From positions 3,892-67,891 of the forward strand of contig CAZJQI010000016.1 of NCBI GenBank assembly GCA_964548275.1: a stretch of 64,000 nucleotides of DNA, read 5' to 3'. The number at the start of each line of letters is the position of its first letter. Positions within the stretch are counted from its first letter, which is position 1. A program made the translations under genes and the position numbers. This DNA comes from an uncultured Gemmatimonadales bacterium (lineage in GTDB: Bacteria > Gemmatimonadota > Glassbacteria > GWA2-58-10). Below are positions 47,286 through 58,744 of this stretch, piece by piece. The notes below the pieces were generated by a model that searched no databases, was not told the DNA's origin, and saw only the letters and a list, made by a program, of their open reading frames with translations.

Positions 47286-49166
47286 ATGAACAAGAAAAAC
47301 AAACATAAAGAAGAACTACTCCCGAAAAAGATCTTAGGATCTGGGATTACCAGATTTATAACCGGCCTGCTACTTGAGAACCCGCTGGGCCTGGGAGCGG
47401 TCATTGTCTTCGGAATTGTAGCAGCAGGTTCGGAACTGTTGAGTATTGCCCTGCTCATGCCGTTTATCGAAAGCCTGCGCGGAAACTCCTCCTCTCTGTC
47501 CTCTTTTTCACAGCAGTATCCGGTAGTCGGTTTCCTGTCCCCCTACTTCCAGGACATGGATCTGATTACCAAGATAAGGCTGATCGCGGTATTCCTGCTG
47601 GCTGTGGAGATTATCAAGGGCTTTTCCCGCTTCATAAGCACTCTCTACAGCAACAAGCTCCAATTCAAGATCAACGCAGACCTTCAGATGAAAGTGATGG
47701 ACCAGCTCCTGACAGCGGGCAGGAGCTTTCTGCACAGAGAGAAAACAGCCAACCTGTACACGATCCTGAACAACTTTACCCATAACACGGGCTTTGCGGT
47801 GCTTTCCATTACTAGCATTGTTCCGGACATATTCATGACTCTGATCAGTATCGTAATACTGTTTTCAATATCTACCCCGATGACCTTGATAACACTGGTC
47901 CTTGCGGTCTTTGTCTCGCTCATGCTCACCCGCCTCACCCGCCTGTCTCATCTGTACGGCAAGAGGAACATTCAACATCAGATCTCAATCAACCAGCTCG
48001 GCATGGAAATACTGAGCGGTATGGACGTGATAAGGCTGTTCGGCAGGCGGCGGGATGTGAAGGAACACTATGGCAGAAATGTGGATAATCTGCGGGATAC
48101 GCGATATCATCAGGGAATGCTGAATGCGGCAATCAGTCCGCTTACTACAGTTTTCCTGGCTCTGACCGTAATGGTGATCCTGATCGCCTCCACTTATTTG
48201 CTGCACCGGGAGGCTGGGTTCTGGGTTGGCATATTGCTTATTTTCCTGGTAGTATTCGCCCGTCTGGGAGGCCCGATGGCCAGAATGAACCTGTCCCGCT
48301 CACAGTTGATGACACTCCTGCCTGCCGTGCAGTCGCTTCAGGAGTTCCTGACCAACTCGGACAAGGAGCACATAGTCGAAGGAGACCAGGATTTCGAGAA
48401 ACTCGAGCAGGGAATCAGATTCGAGAATGTCAGTTTTCGCTACGGAGGGCAGGAAAATTACGTTCTGAAAGACCTGAATTTCGATATTCCCCGGGGAAAG
48501 ATGACCGCAATAGTGGGAGGCTCCGGCGTGGGCAAATCGACGATTGTCGTTCTGCTGGGCCGTCTGCATGACCCGACTTCAGGCCGGATCCTGGTCGATG
48601 GAAGAGACCTGAGGGAGATCGAATCCTCCAAATGGCATAGAAAAATCGGAGCGGTGAGTCAGAATATCTTCCTGTTCAACGATACAATCAAGAGAAATAT
48701 AATGTTTAGCAAGCCGGAAGCCACCGAAGAGGAGATTGATGCTGCAGCGCGCAAAGCAAACGCTCACAACTTTATAGCCGAAATGCCCGAAAGTTATGAA
48801 ACGCTGGTCGGCGATCGCGGCGTTCGTCTCTCCGGAGGCCAGGCGCAGAGAGTAGCGATCGCCCGGGCCATACTGGTAGAACCGGAACTCATGATTTTGG
48901 ACGAAGCCACCAGTTCGCTCGACTCCAAAGCGGAAAAGCTCGTGCAGGATGCCATAGACAAGATCAGCGGAGAGTGCACCCTTCTGGTTGTCGCACATCG
49001 CCTTTCCACAGTTCGAAACGCGGATAATATAGTGGTTCTGCACGAAGGTCAGATCGTGGAACAGGGTACCCACCGGGAGCTTATGGAAAAGAAGGGATAC
49101 TACTGGCGATACGCTCGGCTGCAGGACCTTAATCACACACAATCCCGGGTCCATACTGAAGATTGA
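47286..49166 (+). CDS. ABC transporter TMD-NBD, PglK/Wzk-like glycan flippase
   Basis: 6-TM domain with a long first external loop, GGSGVGKST, LSGGQAQR and ILDEATS. Embedded in a glycan locus. Confidence 0.85.
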   Translation: MNKKNKHKEELLPKKILGSGITRFITGLLLENPLGLGAVIVFGIVAAGSELLSIALLMPFIESLRGNSSSLSSFSQQYPVVGFLSPYFQDMDLITKIRLIAVFLLAVEIIKGFSRFISTLYSNKLQFKINADLQMKVMDQLLTAGRSFLHREKTANLYTILNNFTHNTGFAVLSITSIVPDIFMTLISIVILFSISTPMTLITLVLAVFVSLMLTRLTRLSHLYGKRNIQHQISINQLGMEILSGMDVIRLFGRRRDVKEHYGRNVDNLRDTRYHQGMLNAAISPLTTVFLALTVMVILIASTYLLHREAGFWVGILLIFLVVFARLGGPMARMNLSRSQLMTLLPAVQSLQEFLTNSDKEHIVEGDQDFEKLEQGIRFENVSFRYGGQENYVLKDLNFDIPRGKMTAIVGGSGVGKSTIVVLLGRLHDPTSGRILVDGRDLREIESSKWHRKIGAVSQNIFLFNDTIKRNIMFSKPEATEEEIDAAARKANAHNFIAEMPESYETLVGDRGVRLSGGQAQRVAIARAILVEPELMILDEATSSLDSKAEKLVQDAIDKISGECTLLVVAHRLSTVRNADNIVVLHEGQIVEQGTHRELMEKKGYYWRYARLQDLNHTQSRVHTED

Positions 49167-49427
49167 ACCACCACAGCGTAGGGTCGTGATTTGACATGGG
49201 AAGAAAGCTCAAACTCGGTTTTTGTTTTACGATTTTGCCAGTGAAATGAGCAAGGATACACAGTATCTTCCCGATGGCAGACATGTGAACCAGAAAGGCT
49301 CCGACCTCAAAAGAGATTTACTGTTCTCCTATTTTACCAGTAACCAGATCATTCCCGCTCTACTAAGCGAAAGATCCATCGGAAACTGAACCGATTTCTT
49401 TTCAGACCGCCGTGAACGGGGTCTGAA

Positions 49428-50534
49428 ATGCCGCAGGGAACAAAGATGAAGATTCTCTGGATAGGACACGGAACTCACCGGCCTTCGCCTGAGTTCCCTT
49501 TCTCCATAAGCGACGATCTTTATTGGCACTATCTGTTCTCAGGTAAAAGCTCTCTTTATGATTTTCTGCTGGAAAGTGGAGACAATGTAATCGGGGAGTT
49601 GCATGAGTTCAGCCTCAGGGACGAGCTATTCTACAGGGGAGCACCTGTCGATTTGCAATCAGTTGATTTAGCCCTGTTTACCTGGAATTGTCTGGGCCTG
49701 AACGAGGGTGAGATAAAACAGTGGCTGAAAATAGAATCTTACCTGAAAGAGAAGAAACCATCAATTGCAGTAATGAATTCCATCGAAGAGTTCCCGATAA
49801 TAAATTTCAAATCTCTCTTTTTTGATAGGCTGAGAGACCTGGGGTATTCCAGTTATGTTCCCAATTATGAAGAAGTTAACAGCGTGTTTTCCCTCCTGTC
49901 GACTTCACTTCCTTATCCGTTAATCGTACGTTCCAATCTGGATACGGGCGGCAGAAATACTTACCTCTGTCGAAATATGCTCGAGTCTCTGGTGAGATTC
50001 AGGTTCATTAAACAAGACTTGACCGCAGGCCGTCAAAATCGCCTCGAGGACTTCAGGGCACCGGAAATAATCAAAGTCAGATATTATGACAATTATTATC
50101 CCGACTTCAACTGCCATGCCAGTTTTCGCATCATTTTCATCAACAGGCGCCTTGCCTTCATCTACCCCCATATTTCCGTGTCAGACTGGTGCATCCATAC
50201 GGACATGGAGGATCACAGCCCCGCCAGAGAATCTTTCCTGGCTGCCTGTGAATTCATATATGACTTTGTCCGCAGAAAATACGACATTTTCAGGGATCTG
50301 GTAAATTCATTGAATATTCATACTCTAACGATAGATTTCCTGGTCCACGATGATAAACCGATATTTTTGGAGGTCGAGTTGAAATACGGTTGTGATATTA
50401 ATTTTGTTAAGGGTCCGTTGCGTCTGTATGATCTCGACCTGAGTTACTTCAGGGCTAAAAATAAGGAAATCGAAGACGTTCCAGTGTCGTTCGATTCATT
50501 TTTCAACCGGAAGGAAGTTCGGAACGGCTTCTGA
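49428..50534 (+). CDS. divergent ATP-grasp-like protein
   Basis: YPLIVRSNLDTGG, SFRIIFIN and TIDFLVHDDKPIFLEVELKYG resemble RimK/TupA-type motifs. Alternative start MKILWIG at 49446. Confidence 0.55.
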   Translation: MPQGTKMKILWIGHGTHRPSPEFPFSISDDLYWHYLFSGKSSLYDFLLESGDNVIGELHEFSLRDELFYRGAPVDLQSVDLALFTWNCLGLNEGEIKQWLKIESYLKEKKPSIAVMNSIEEFPIINFKSLFFDRLRDLGYSSYVPNYEEVNSVFSLLSTSLPYPLIVRSNLDTGGRNTYLCRNMLESLVRFRFIKQDLTAGRQNRLEDFRAPEIIKVRYYDNYYPDFNCHASFRIIFINRRLAFIYPHISVSDWCIHTDMEDHSPARESFLAACEFIYDFVRRKYDIFRDLVNSLNIHTLTIDFLVHDDKPIFLEVELKYGCDINFVKGPLRLYDLDLSYFRAKNKEIEDVPVSFDSFFNRKEVRNGF

Positions 50535-50650
50535 TCACCCTCCTTGTAGTTTAAGTAAATCACCTTGGGAAAATAAATTAGCTAAAAGAAAGACTATCAG
50601 ACTCTGTCGAGAATTTTATTTTTACATAAATAAAATATGGAGGAGGGAAT

Positions 50651-51610
50651 ATGCACCCCAAGGCTGTACACTTGGAGGGAGGTAATAATTTTGACAGGAT
50701 GAGGATAAACATAAATCAATCCCTGAAATTACAGGATGAGTGGCTGAAAAGCGTGGACAGAAAATCGCTGCGGGGCAGCAGGCTTTTCAACCGGATCAGC
50801 TTGAAACTGCTCTCGTATCAGATGAAGTTAAATCTATACCAGCCGTTTGTTCTTAACGGGCTGCGGAAAAAGTGGTTCGATGAATTCCATGAATACTGGA
50901 AAGATTGCCTTCAGGGACATCCTCTGACAGTGATGGATTTCCACCATTTGTATTTTCACTACAGAACAAAATCACTTTTCAAGTCTGACAAAGAACTCGA
51001 ATGGGGTTCACCAGCAGAGCATATTGCTCACTGGCAGGAGCCCGATAATATCTCCCTGCTGTTTCACTACGTACTCAAATATGCATTGAGACCGGTTTGG
51101 GAAGCGAGACTGGGTGAATTCCTCAAGCCAGGGTTCAGAATACTGGAATTCGGCTGCGGCTTGGCACCTATTTACCGAACCTACAGGTGCTATTTTAATC
51201 ATATCGAAACCCAATGGTACCTTGCCGATATACCTATAATTACATTTCATTATGACCGTTATACATACGGGAGGGAACAGGGCGTTGATTTCATCTGCAT
51301 AACGCCGGACTCCATGGATGATCCCCTCCAGGATATTAAAGTCGATTTTGACCTTATTATCATGTTGGATGTTTTTGAACATTTAAGCAGACCAATGGTC
51401 ATAGCCGAAAAATTGTTAGACTATCTTAAGAAGGATGGTTATTTCTACTTCAATTATATTAATTCAGCCGGAAAGGGACTTGATACCACAGATGGAAGTA
51501 AAGAGAGAATCTCCACACTGGATTTTCTATCCCGGAAGCTTAGGATGATCAGCGGAAATTTCGCTGTTACGGATGAAAACATACCCGTATGTATCGGAGT
51601 CAAGACTTAG
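50651..51610 (+). CDS. class I SAM-dependent methyltransferase
   Basis: ILEFGCGLA, FDLIIMLDVFEHL..P, LKKDG. Confidence 0.85.
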   Translation: MHPKAVHLEGGNNFDRMRININQSLKLQDEWLKSVDRKSLRGSRLFNRISLKLLSYQMKLNLYQPFVLNGLRKKWFDEFHEYWKDCLQGHPLTVMDFHHLYFHYRTKSLFKSDKELEWGSPAEHIAHWQEPDNISLLFHYVLKYALRPVWEARLGEFLKPGFRILEFGCGLAPIYRTYRCYFNHIETQWYLADIPIITFHYDRYTYGREQGVDFICITPDSMDDPLQDIKVDFDLIIMLDVFEHLSRPMVIAEKLLDYLKKDGYFYFNYINSAGKGLDTTDGSKERISTLDFLSRKLRMISGNFAVTDENIPVCIGVKT

Positions 51611-51793
51611 TGATCGGATATTATTTCATATTTACTACACCGACTCCTATCATCTCAAGGTGGGAGGATTTCCGGGCAGCCAAGATATCGAAGATTTAAT
51701 TGTGATTTATTTTAAGGTTATCTTTTTGATTCGATTTTTGACTTGGTTTATTTTACCTCTGTTTTTTGTTATAGGATATTTTCAGGAGGCTTG

Positions 51794-53134
51794 ATGAAGC
51801 TATTCGGAAACAAAGTTTTTCTCCTGTTGATAATAGCTATAGCAGTGAGAATCTTTTTTTCGATACGGTGCGACCTGAGGACTTTTCCTGATTCAAAACT
51901 ATATTTCGAAACAGGCAGACAGCTTGTAACAGGAGATTATTCCGATTACAATGGAAAGCGTGCCCCGGTCTATCCTTTGCTGATCGCCGCTACAGGCTTT
52001 AACAGAGAAGTCACAGTATTTTTTCAAGTCGCTATGGGTGTCGGCATTAGCCTACTACTCTATCTTATCTTTTCCAAGCTGACAGGTTCCTCCATGGCAG
52101 GGTTTCTCGCAGGATTGGTTCATGCCCTTAACCCGGCCATGATTGGCTATGAATTCACTCTCTGCTCTGAGACAACCTGCGCCTTTTTTTTAATTCTATC
52201 CATTTTCCTTCTTTTCAGATTTATTGCCCAAAAGAGAATCCCCTCAGCGGGAGAACTAATTATACTTGGGATAGCATCCGGCCTCTGCCTGCTTACCCGC
52301 CCCATGTATCAATTCTTTCCTGTATTCCTTACTGCAGCTCTTATCTTTTATTTGAGCCGCAGGAAGATGGCAGTCTGGAAAGTGGTTTTGTTTATTGTAC
52401 CGGTAATGATAACGACAATTCCCTGGGGCATATTTCAGTACAAAAGAATCGGCCAGTTTGTTATCACTCCTGATATAGGTTATGCTATAATGTACCATAC
52501 GGTGAGGTTCATCGAGGAAGCCCCGGATGAATATGATGATATCAAGCAAGTCCTGATCAAGCACAGGGAACATAAAATTCGAGCCGGGGCAAAGAGCTAT
52601 GATAGCTGTCTCGAAGCCTCAAGGGTCGAACTGCAGGAACTGACCGGCTTGCCTTATGCCGAGCTCTCCCGGAAGCTGGCCTGGATTTCCATCAAGACAA
52701 TAACTGAAGAGCCCATTCTTTATCTGCGTGGCGTGGTCCGGGCCTTTTTCAGATTCTTCAAACCCTTTTGGCCCGGACACTTGTACGGCGTCCGGCCTGC
52801 CGTGATGGAGGGAGGGTGGCTTTTAAGATCAGTGATAGCTACTTACGCGGCATTTTTTCTTTTCAGCCTGGCAATTTTACTATTCCTCCCTGTTTTGACA
52901 ATCATTTCTCCGTCGTGGAGAAAAGCATTCCGGTGGCATTTCAATACTGTGTTTTTTTATTCTCTGTTACTGGTTACAGCAGGATTTCCGGCTTTTTTGA
53001 CCTTCTCGGATAATGCCAGGTTCCATGCTTCTATCGAGCCGGTCATCTTGGGTTTTGCCATATCGATCTTTTTTACCGCCTGGCGGAAAGGGCTGCTCAA
53101 TCTGTATACTCTACTCAGACAAGCGCGCAAATGA
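51794..53134 (+). CDS. GT-C-fold (ArnT/PMT-like) polytopic membrane glycosyltransferase
   Basis: FPDSKLY, RAPVYPLLIA, LCSET, LTRP and a C-terminal ARF motif, with many TM helices. AGGAGG RBS. Confidence 0.75.
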   Translation: MKLFGNKVFLLLIIAIAVRIFFSIRCDLRTFPDSKLYFETGRQLVTGDYSDYNGKRAPVYPLLIAATGFNREVTVFFQVAMGVGISLLLYLIFSKLTGSSMAGFLAGLVHALNPAMIGYEFTLCSETTCAFFLILSIFLLFRFIAQKRIPSAGELIILGIASGLCLLTRPMYQFFPVFLTAALIFYLSRRKMAVWKVVLFIVPVMITTIPWGIFQYKRIGQFVITPDIGYAIMYHTVRFIEEAPDEYDDIKQVLIKHREHKIRAGAKSYDSCLEASRVELQELTGLPYAELSRKLAWISIKTITEEPILYLRGVVRAFFRFFKPFWPGHLYGVRPAVMEGGWLLRSVIATYAAFFLFSLAILLFLPVLTIISPSWRKAFRWHFNTVFFYSLLLVTAGFPAFLTFSDNARFHASIEPVILGFAISIFFTAWRKGLLNLYTLLRQARK

Positions 53135-53435
53135 AACTGTCCCGCAAAGCAAGAATATATTCCACCACCAACGGGTAATTCTGCCTGATGGCATTTGACC
53201 TGTTTTTGAAAACAGTTTCATTAGCCTGTCCTTCGAAAAAGTCCAGTTTTTAGAGGAGTTGCGCGATATTTAAGTTTTATTTTTAATGGCAAAAGGCTGG
53301 TCAATTTTAGTCTGAGCTTGAATTTTTGTATTAATGGTATACTGTTACGGGTGCCGGACAAGCCTGGTGGATTCCTGGCGTGAATGTTGCAAGACATCCT
53401 GGGAGTAATATTTCGGCTTATTCGAGGATTCTATC

Positions 53436-54920
53436 ATGATGAGGAATAACAGAGAAAAAGCCATCAGCAAGTCGAATCCTTCCGATTATTATTCAACAGC
53501 CCAGGAAAAATACAGTAGAGAACGTATTGAACACTGGGACAAATGCGCATATTGGCTTGGAAAATCCTTCGACTTAGGTAAATATTATCGCAGGAGGGTA
53601 GCCGAGGTCTACCAAGTGATCATCCCTCCAGGTCAGCGTGTTCTGGAGTTGGGATGCGGCATGGGAGATTTATTGCATGCTCTCATGCCATCGATGGGAG
53701 TAGGGATTGATTCCAGTGCTGAAATGATCAAGTCAGCCAGGTCAAAATATCCTGACCTGCAGTTCTATCAAGCCGATGCTCACGATTTCGAGCTGGACGG
53801 GAAGTTCGATTACATCGTGCTTTCAGATTTGATCAATGATTTGTGGGATGTCCAGTTCGTTTTGAACAATATCAGGCACGTTTGCACGCACAACACGAGA
53901 ATCGTCACCAATTTTTACAGTCGGCTGTGGCAGATCCCTCTCGATATAGCCCGTAAGCTGGGACTTGCCAAACCCATCCTTCCGCAGAACTGGTTCACCC
54001 GCCAGGACATTGAAGCCTTGTTGAAGTTAAGTGGTTATGAGATAATCCGTTACAATAGTGAAATACTATGTCCTCTGCCTGTTCCTTTTATTGGCCCTTT
54101 GCTGAATCGATTCATCGCCAAGCTCTGGCCTTTCCGAATCGCCGATCTCACGAATATTATCGTGGCACGTCTCTTGGTAGCAAGGGAAGATGTCCCGGAA
54201 AAACTTGTTGTTTCTGTCATTGTAGCGGCAAGAAACGAGGCGGGGAACATCTCGAAAATCTTTAAGAGAATTCCACAGATGGCTGGCGGCACAGAGCTGA
54301 TTTTCGTGGAAGGGGGTTCGACGGATAACACTTATGAGGTGATTGAAAGAGAAATGGCGAAGTATCCGGAGATCGACTGTAAGCTGTTCAGGCAGACGGG
54401 AACCGGCAAAGGTGACGCGGTAAGGCTGGGTTTCGAAAAGGCGACAGGCGACATCCTGATGATACTGGATGCGGACCTGACTGTTCTGCCGGAAGTCCTG
54501 CCCCGTTTTACGGAAGCCCTTCTGTCCGGCAGGGGCGAGTTCATTAACGGCGTGCGGCTGGTATATCCCATGCAGAAACAGGCTATGAGGTTTTTTAACC
54601 TGATCGGAAACAAGTTTTTCAGTATGGCCTTTTCCTGGATGCTGGGGCAGCCGATAAAAGATACATTATGTGGAACGAAGGCCCTGTGGAGAGACCGGTA
54701 TGAATTGATCTGTGCAAACCGTTCCTATTTCGGTGACTTCGACCCGTTCGGCGATTTTGACCTGATTTTCGGCGCGGCGAAGCTGAACCTCAAGATTATT
54801 GACCTTCCGGTGAGATATCAGGAACGAACCTACGGGACCACGAATATTCAAAGGTGGAGGCATGGCGTCCTTTTGCTCAAGATGTTTCTTTTCGGGATGA
54901 AGAAAATTAAATTCTTGTAA
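53436..54920 (+). CDS. bifunctional SAM-methyltransferase-like / GT2 (polyprenol-phosphate glycosyltransferase-like) protein
   Basis: VLELGCGMG N-domain, then VIVAARNEAGNI, EGGSTD, GKGDAV, ILDADL, DTLCGTKA, RY..RTYG. Confidence 0.9.
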   Translation: MMRNNREKAISKSNPSDYYSTAQEKYSRERIEHWDKCAYWLGKSFDLGKYYRRRVAEVYQVIIPPGQRVLELGCGMGDLLHALMPSMGVGIDSSAEMIKSARSKYPDLQFYQADAHDFELDGKFDYIVLSDLINDLWDVQFVLNNIRHVCTHNTRIVTNFYSRLWQIPLDIARKLGLAKPILPQNWFTRQDIEALLKLSGYEIIRYNSEILCPLPVPFIGPLLNRFIAKLWPFRIADLTNIIVARLLVAREDVPEKLVVSVIVAARNEAGNISKIFKRIPQMAGGTELIFVEGGSTDNTYEVIEREMAKYPEIDCKLFRQTGTGKGDAVRLGFEKATGDILMILDADLTVLPEVLPRFTEALLSGRGEFINGVRLVYPMQKQAMRFFNLIGNKFFSMAFSWMLGQPIKDTLCGTKALWRDRYELICANRSYFGDFDPFGDFDLIFGAAKLNLKIIDLPVRYQERTYGTTNIQRWRHGVLLLKMFLFGMKKIKFL

Positions 54921-54923
54921 TTT

Positions 54924-55709
54924 ATGGTGTTAAGAACGCTAAAAAGAATACTTGCGCATCCTTTAACCAGGGATCTCAATCTCGACGATCCTCGCACTAC
55001 CGCATTGCGGCAACGAATCATTCGTGAAAACAGATTTTTAGAAAAACTCTATGTGGAGTGGTACAAATCCATAGTCAGGTCATTGCCAGATACAGAAGGG
55101 CCAATTGTTGAATTGGGCGCTGGGGCGGGGTTTATGAAGGAATACATTCCGGAGCTTATAGCATCTGACAAGTTGATTGTTCCTGAAATATCGATTGGCC
55201 TGGATGCCCATCAATTGCCATTTGATAAAGGCAGGTTAAAAGCGATAGTAATGATCGATGTATTGCATCATTTATCAAGACCTCACATTTTTTTTTCAGA
55301 TGCAGCCGAATGCCTTAAGACCGGTGGAGTAATTATAATGATCGAACCTTGGGTAAGCGGGTGGTCGCGCTTTGTATACCGCAGGTTGCATCACGAGCCT
55401 TTCGATCCGGATATCTCTGATTGGGGGGTTCCTGAAAGGGGACCGCTGTCAGGGGCCAATAGTGCAATGCCATGGGTTATTTTCGAAAGAGATTTACCAA
55501 TATTCGTAAAAGAATTCCCACAGTTGAAAGTCAACAGTATAAAACTGCTAACCCCATTCAGGTATTTTTTATCCGGAGGTGTCTCTTTTAGGCCTTTGAT
55601 GCCCGCATGGAGTTTTGACACATTTAGAAGGTTTGAAAATATTTTGAAGCCCTGGTTTCGACACCTGGCGATGTTCGCTCAGATAAAGATCGTGAAGGTG
55701 AAAAATTGA
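54924..55709 (+). CDS. class I SAM-dependent methyltransferase
   Basis: IVELGAGAG, DAHQLPF, DVLHHL, IEPW. Confidence 0.88.
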   Translation: MVLRTLKRILAHPLTRDLNLDDPRTTALRQRIIRENRFLEKLYVEWYKSIVRSLPDTEGPIVELGAGAGFMKEYIPELIASDKLIVPEISIGLDAHQLPFDKGRLKAIVMIDVLHHLSRPHIFFSDAAECLKTGGVIIMIEPWVSGWSRFVYRRLHHEPFDPDISDWGVPERGPLSGANSAMPWVIFERDLPIFVKEFPQLKVNSIKLLTPFRYFLSGGVSFRPLMPAWSFDTFRRFENILKPWFRHLAMFAQIKIVKVKN

Positions 55710-55733
55710 GAGAAAAACATTAGGAAACTGGAA

Positions 55734-56480
55734 ATGATTTGGAAAGAATACCACCATTTTCAGAGGGAGATAAATCACAGCAGAAAGATATCAGAAGGCG
55801 ATCCCGCTGAAATCTGGGGGTGGGGTACTCCAGCCGGGAAAATACGCGCTGAAAGAAGAGGAGAACTCATTGCCGCCGGAGCGAGACTTCAGCCGGGGAA
55901 AGTGGCCCTGGAAATCGGCTGTGGCACCGGCATTTTTACAGAGATATTTGCCCTCTCGAAGGCACGAATAATAGCTGTCGATATCTCTCCGGAGCTTATC
56001 GAAATAGCCAGGAAAAAAGGACTGCCGGAGAAGGAAGTTATCTTCCTCGAAAAACCTTTCGAAGAATGCGATGTGGAGGGGCCTTTCGATGCTGTTATTG
56101 GCTCTTCCATTCTGCATCATCTGGAACTTGAAGTCGCTATGAAGAAAGTGTTTGCCTTGCTTAAGCCAGGGGGAAAATTATCATTTGCAGAGCCTAACTA
56201 TCTGAATCCCCAGATTTTTATCGAACGCCGGTTCCGCAGGTTTTTTGTGAGTGTATCTCCAGATGAAACGGCATTTATCAGGTGGAGTCTGAAATCGCTT
56301 TTGGAAAGGCTCGGTTTCACAAATATTAGGATAACTCCTTTCGATTGGCTGCACCCTTATACACCGGAATCACTGGTTGGAATGGTGAGCGTCTTGGGCA
56401 GATGGGTGGAAAAAGTTCCCATATTTAGGGAGTTTTCAGGATCATTATTAATCGAAGCAGCACGCCCGAAACAAAAATAG
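55734..56480 (+). CDS. class I SAM-dependent methyltransferase
   Basis: ALEIGCGTG, VDISPE, SILHHL, LKPGG..FAEPN. Confidence 0.9.
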   Translation: MIWKEYHHFQREINHSRKISEGDPAEIWGWGTPAGKIRAERRGELIAAGARLQPGKVALEIGCGTGIFTEIFALSKARIIAVDISPELIEIARKKGLPEKEVIFLEKPFEECDVEGPFDAVIGSSILHHLELEVAMKKVFALLKPGGKLSFAEPNYLNPQIFIERRFRRFFVSVSPDETAFIRWSLKSLLERLGFTNIRITPFDWLHPYTPESLVGMVSVLGRWVEKVPIFREFSGSLLIEAARPKQK

Positions 56481-56565
56481 CTGTTTCGGTCGAAATTATA
56501 ATATCTTAGAATCTAAATGGATGAACGAGAAACTGAGCAAAAAATATCTTCTGAGAGGAAATTAA

Positions 56566-57567
56566 TTGAAAAAAGCCCTTATTACAGGCATCACGGGCCA
56601 GGACGGCTCATATCTGGCCGAACTCCTCCTGGAAAAAGGATACAAAGTCCATGGGATCATCCGCAGGGCTTCGACGTTCAATACCAGCCGGATAGATCAC
56701 CTGTACAAGGACCCTCATCTCAACGGCGTCAGGTTGTTTTTACATTACGGCGACATCGCCGATTCCACCAACCTGATCAAGCTACTTTACAACATTCAGC
56801 CGGATGAAATATATCACCTGGCCGCCCAGAGCCATGTCCGTGTCAGTTTCGATATTCCGGAATACACGGGGGACGTTACCGGGCTGAGTACCGTGCGAAT
56901 ACTCGAAGCGGTTCGGGAGACGGGCTGCAAAGCCAGGTTCTATCAGGCGAGCAGTTCGGAGATGTTCGGGAAAGTACAGGAAGTACCGCAACGGGAAACA
57001 ACGCCATTTTGGCCGAGGAGTCCCTATGGGGCGGCGAAAGTGTACGCCTACTGGATAACGGCCAACTACAGGGAAAGCTACGGGATATTCGCCTGCAACG
57101 GCATTTTGTTCAACCATGAATCCCCACGCCGGGGCGAAACATTCGTGACACGTAAAATAACCCGGGCCGTGGCACGTATCAAAGAGGGCCTTCAGGACAA
57201 GTTGTATCTCGGTAACCTCAAGGCGAAACGAGACTGGGGTTACGCAAAGGAATACGTGGAATGCATGTGGCGAATGCTGCAACAGGATAAACCGGACGAT
57301 TATGTGGTCGCTACGGGGGAAACCCATTCGGTGAAAGAGTTTCTGGAAGAGGCTTTCTCCTACGTGGGGCTGGACTGGAAAAAATATGTTGAAATCGATC
57401 CCAAGTATTACCGCCCGGCAGAGGTCGATATGCTGGTGGGGGATGCGAGCAAAGCGAGAAATGTTCTGGGATGGGAACCCAAAGTGCGTTTCCGTGACCT
57501 GGCGCGTCTGATGGTGGATGCTGACATAGAGGACTTGCACCGCGGGTCTGCGAAATCGGAAGTATAG
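56566..57567 (+). CDS. gmd: GDP-mannose 4,6-dehydratase
   Basis: [68 protein letters not shown]. Confidence 0.98.
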   Translation: MKKALITGITGQDGSYLAELLLEKGYKVHGIIRRASTFNTSRIDHLYKDPHLNGVRLFLHYGDIADSTNLIKLLYNIQPDEIYHLAAQSHVRVSFDIPEYTGDVTGLSTVRILEAVRETGCKARFYQASSSEMFGKVQEVPQRETTPFWPRSPYGAAKVYAYWITANYRESYGIFACNGILFNHESPRRGETFVTRKITRAVARIKEGLQDKLYLGNLKAKRDWGYAKEYVECMWRMLQQDKPDDYVVATGETHSVKEFLEEAFSYVGLDWKKYVEIDPKYYRPAEVDMLVGDASKARNVLGWEPKVRFRDLARLMVDADIEDLHRGSAKSEV

Positions 57568-57591
57568 GTTATTCCAAGGCGAAAACGAGAG

Positions 57592-58557
57592 ATGGAGATG
57601 GATTTATCAGATAAAACTGTCGTGGTTACCGGGGGAGCGGGTTTTCTCGGTTCGTTTCTGATAGAAAAGCTCAGGTCGGAAAGATGTGCAGATCTTTTCG
57701 TACCACGCTCGGCAGAGTACGACCTGCGTCAGGCGGATTCTATCATCAAGCTTTTCGAAGATACCAAACCGCAGGTGGTAATTCACCTGGCCGCAGTCGT
57801 GGGCGGCATCGGGGCCAATCGGGCAAACCCTGGACGCTTTTTCTACGACAACGCAATCATGGGAATTCAGTTGATAGAATACGCCCGGCAATTCGGCGTG
57901 GAAAAGTTCGTGGCAATCGGAACGATATGCGCCTACCCCAAATATTCACCGATTCCGTTTAAAGAGGATAATCTCTGGGACGGTTATCCTGAAGAAACCA
58001 ATGCTCCGTACGGTCTTGCTAAAAAGATGATGCTGGTGCAGGCACAGGCTTACCGGCAGCAGTATGGTTTCAACGCAATCTACCTGCTACCGGTAAACCT
58101 TTACGGGCCCCGGGATAACTTCGATCTGGAAACTTCTCACGTGATACCGGCTATAATTAGGAAATGTGTGGAGGCGAAAGAGAAGGGAGAGGACAAGATA
58201 GTCCTCTGGGGTGACGGCTCCCCGACACGGGAATTCCTCTACGTGGAAGATGCAGCAGAAGGAATCGTTCTGGCCACCCGGAATTATGATGGAGAGCAGC
58301 CGGTCAACCTGGGTTCGGGTGAAGAAATTTCGATTCGGGAACTGACAAGACTCATAGTGGATGAAGTGGGTTACGAGGGCGAAATAGTGTGGGATACAAC
58401 TAAACCCGGTGGCCAGCCAAGACGCTGTCTGGATGTGACCAGAGCGAGAGAATATTTCGGATTCAAAGCAAGAACCACTCTACGGGAAGGGATATCCAGA
58501 ACTGTCTCCTGGTTCGTTGCCAACCGGGAGAAAATCAAAGAAATCAAATTCGATTGA
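57592..58557 (+). CDS. fcl: GDP-L-fucose synthase family epimerase/reductase
   Basis: [48 protein letters not shown]. Follows gmd. Confidence 0.92.
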   Translation: MEMDLSDKTVVVTGGAGFLGSFLIEKLRSERCADLFVPRSAEYDLRQADSIIKLFEDTKPQVVIHLAAVVGGIGANRANPGRFFYDNAIMGIQLIEYARQFGVEKFVAIGTICAYPKYSPIPFKEDNLWDGYPEETNAPYGLAKKMMLVQAQAYRQQYGFNAIYLLPVNLYGPRDNFDLETSHVIPAIIRKCVEAKEKGEDKIVLWGDGSPTREFLYVEDAAEGIVLATRNYDGEQPVNLGSGEEISIRELTRLIVDEVGYEGEIVWDTTKPGGQPRRCLDVTRAREYFGFKARTTLREGISRTVSWFVANREKIKEIKFD

Positions 58558-58744
58558 TAAGGCAAATCGGGTCTCTTGCGAAGATTGTCCGGAACCTGAG
58601 AGTTCGTTGTGAAGAGCAAATTCAGGGAATAAGATAATAACAACCCTTTTCTGATTTATCCGTTTGGGCTTCAATTCTGCCAATTTTACTGGCTTCAGCC
58701 GGTAGTAGTTGAGTGGAAAAACGAACCAGCCGAGACGATTTCGA

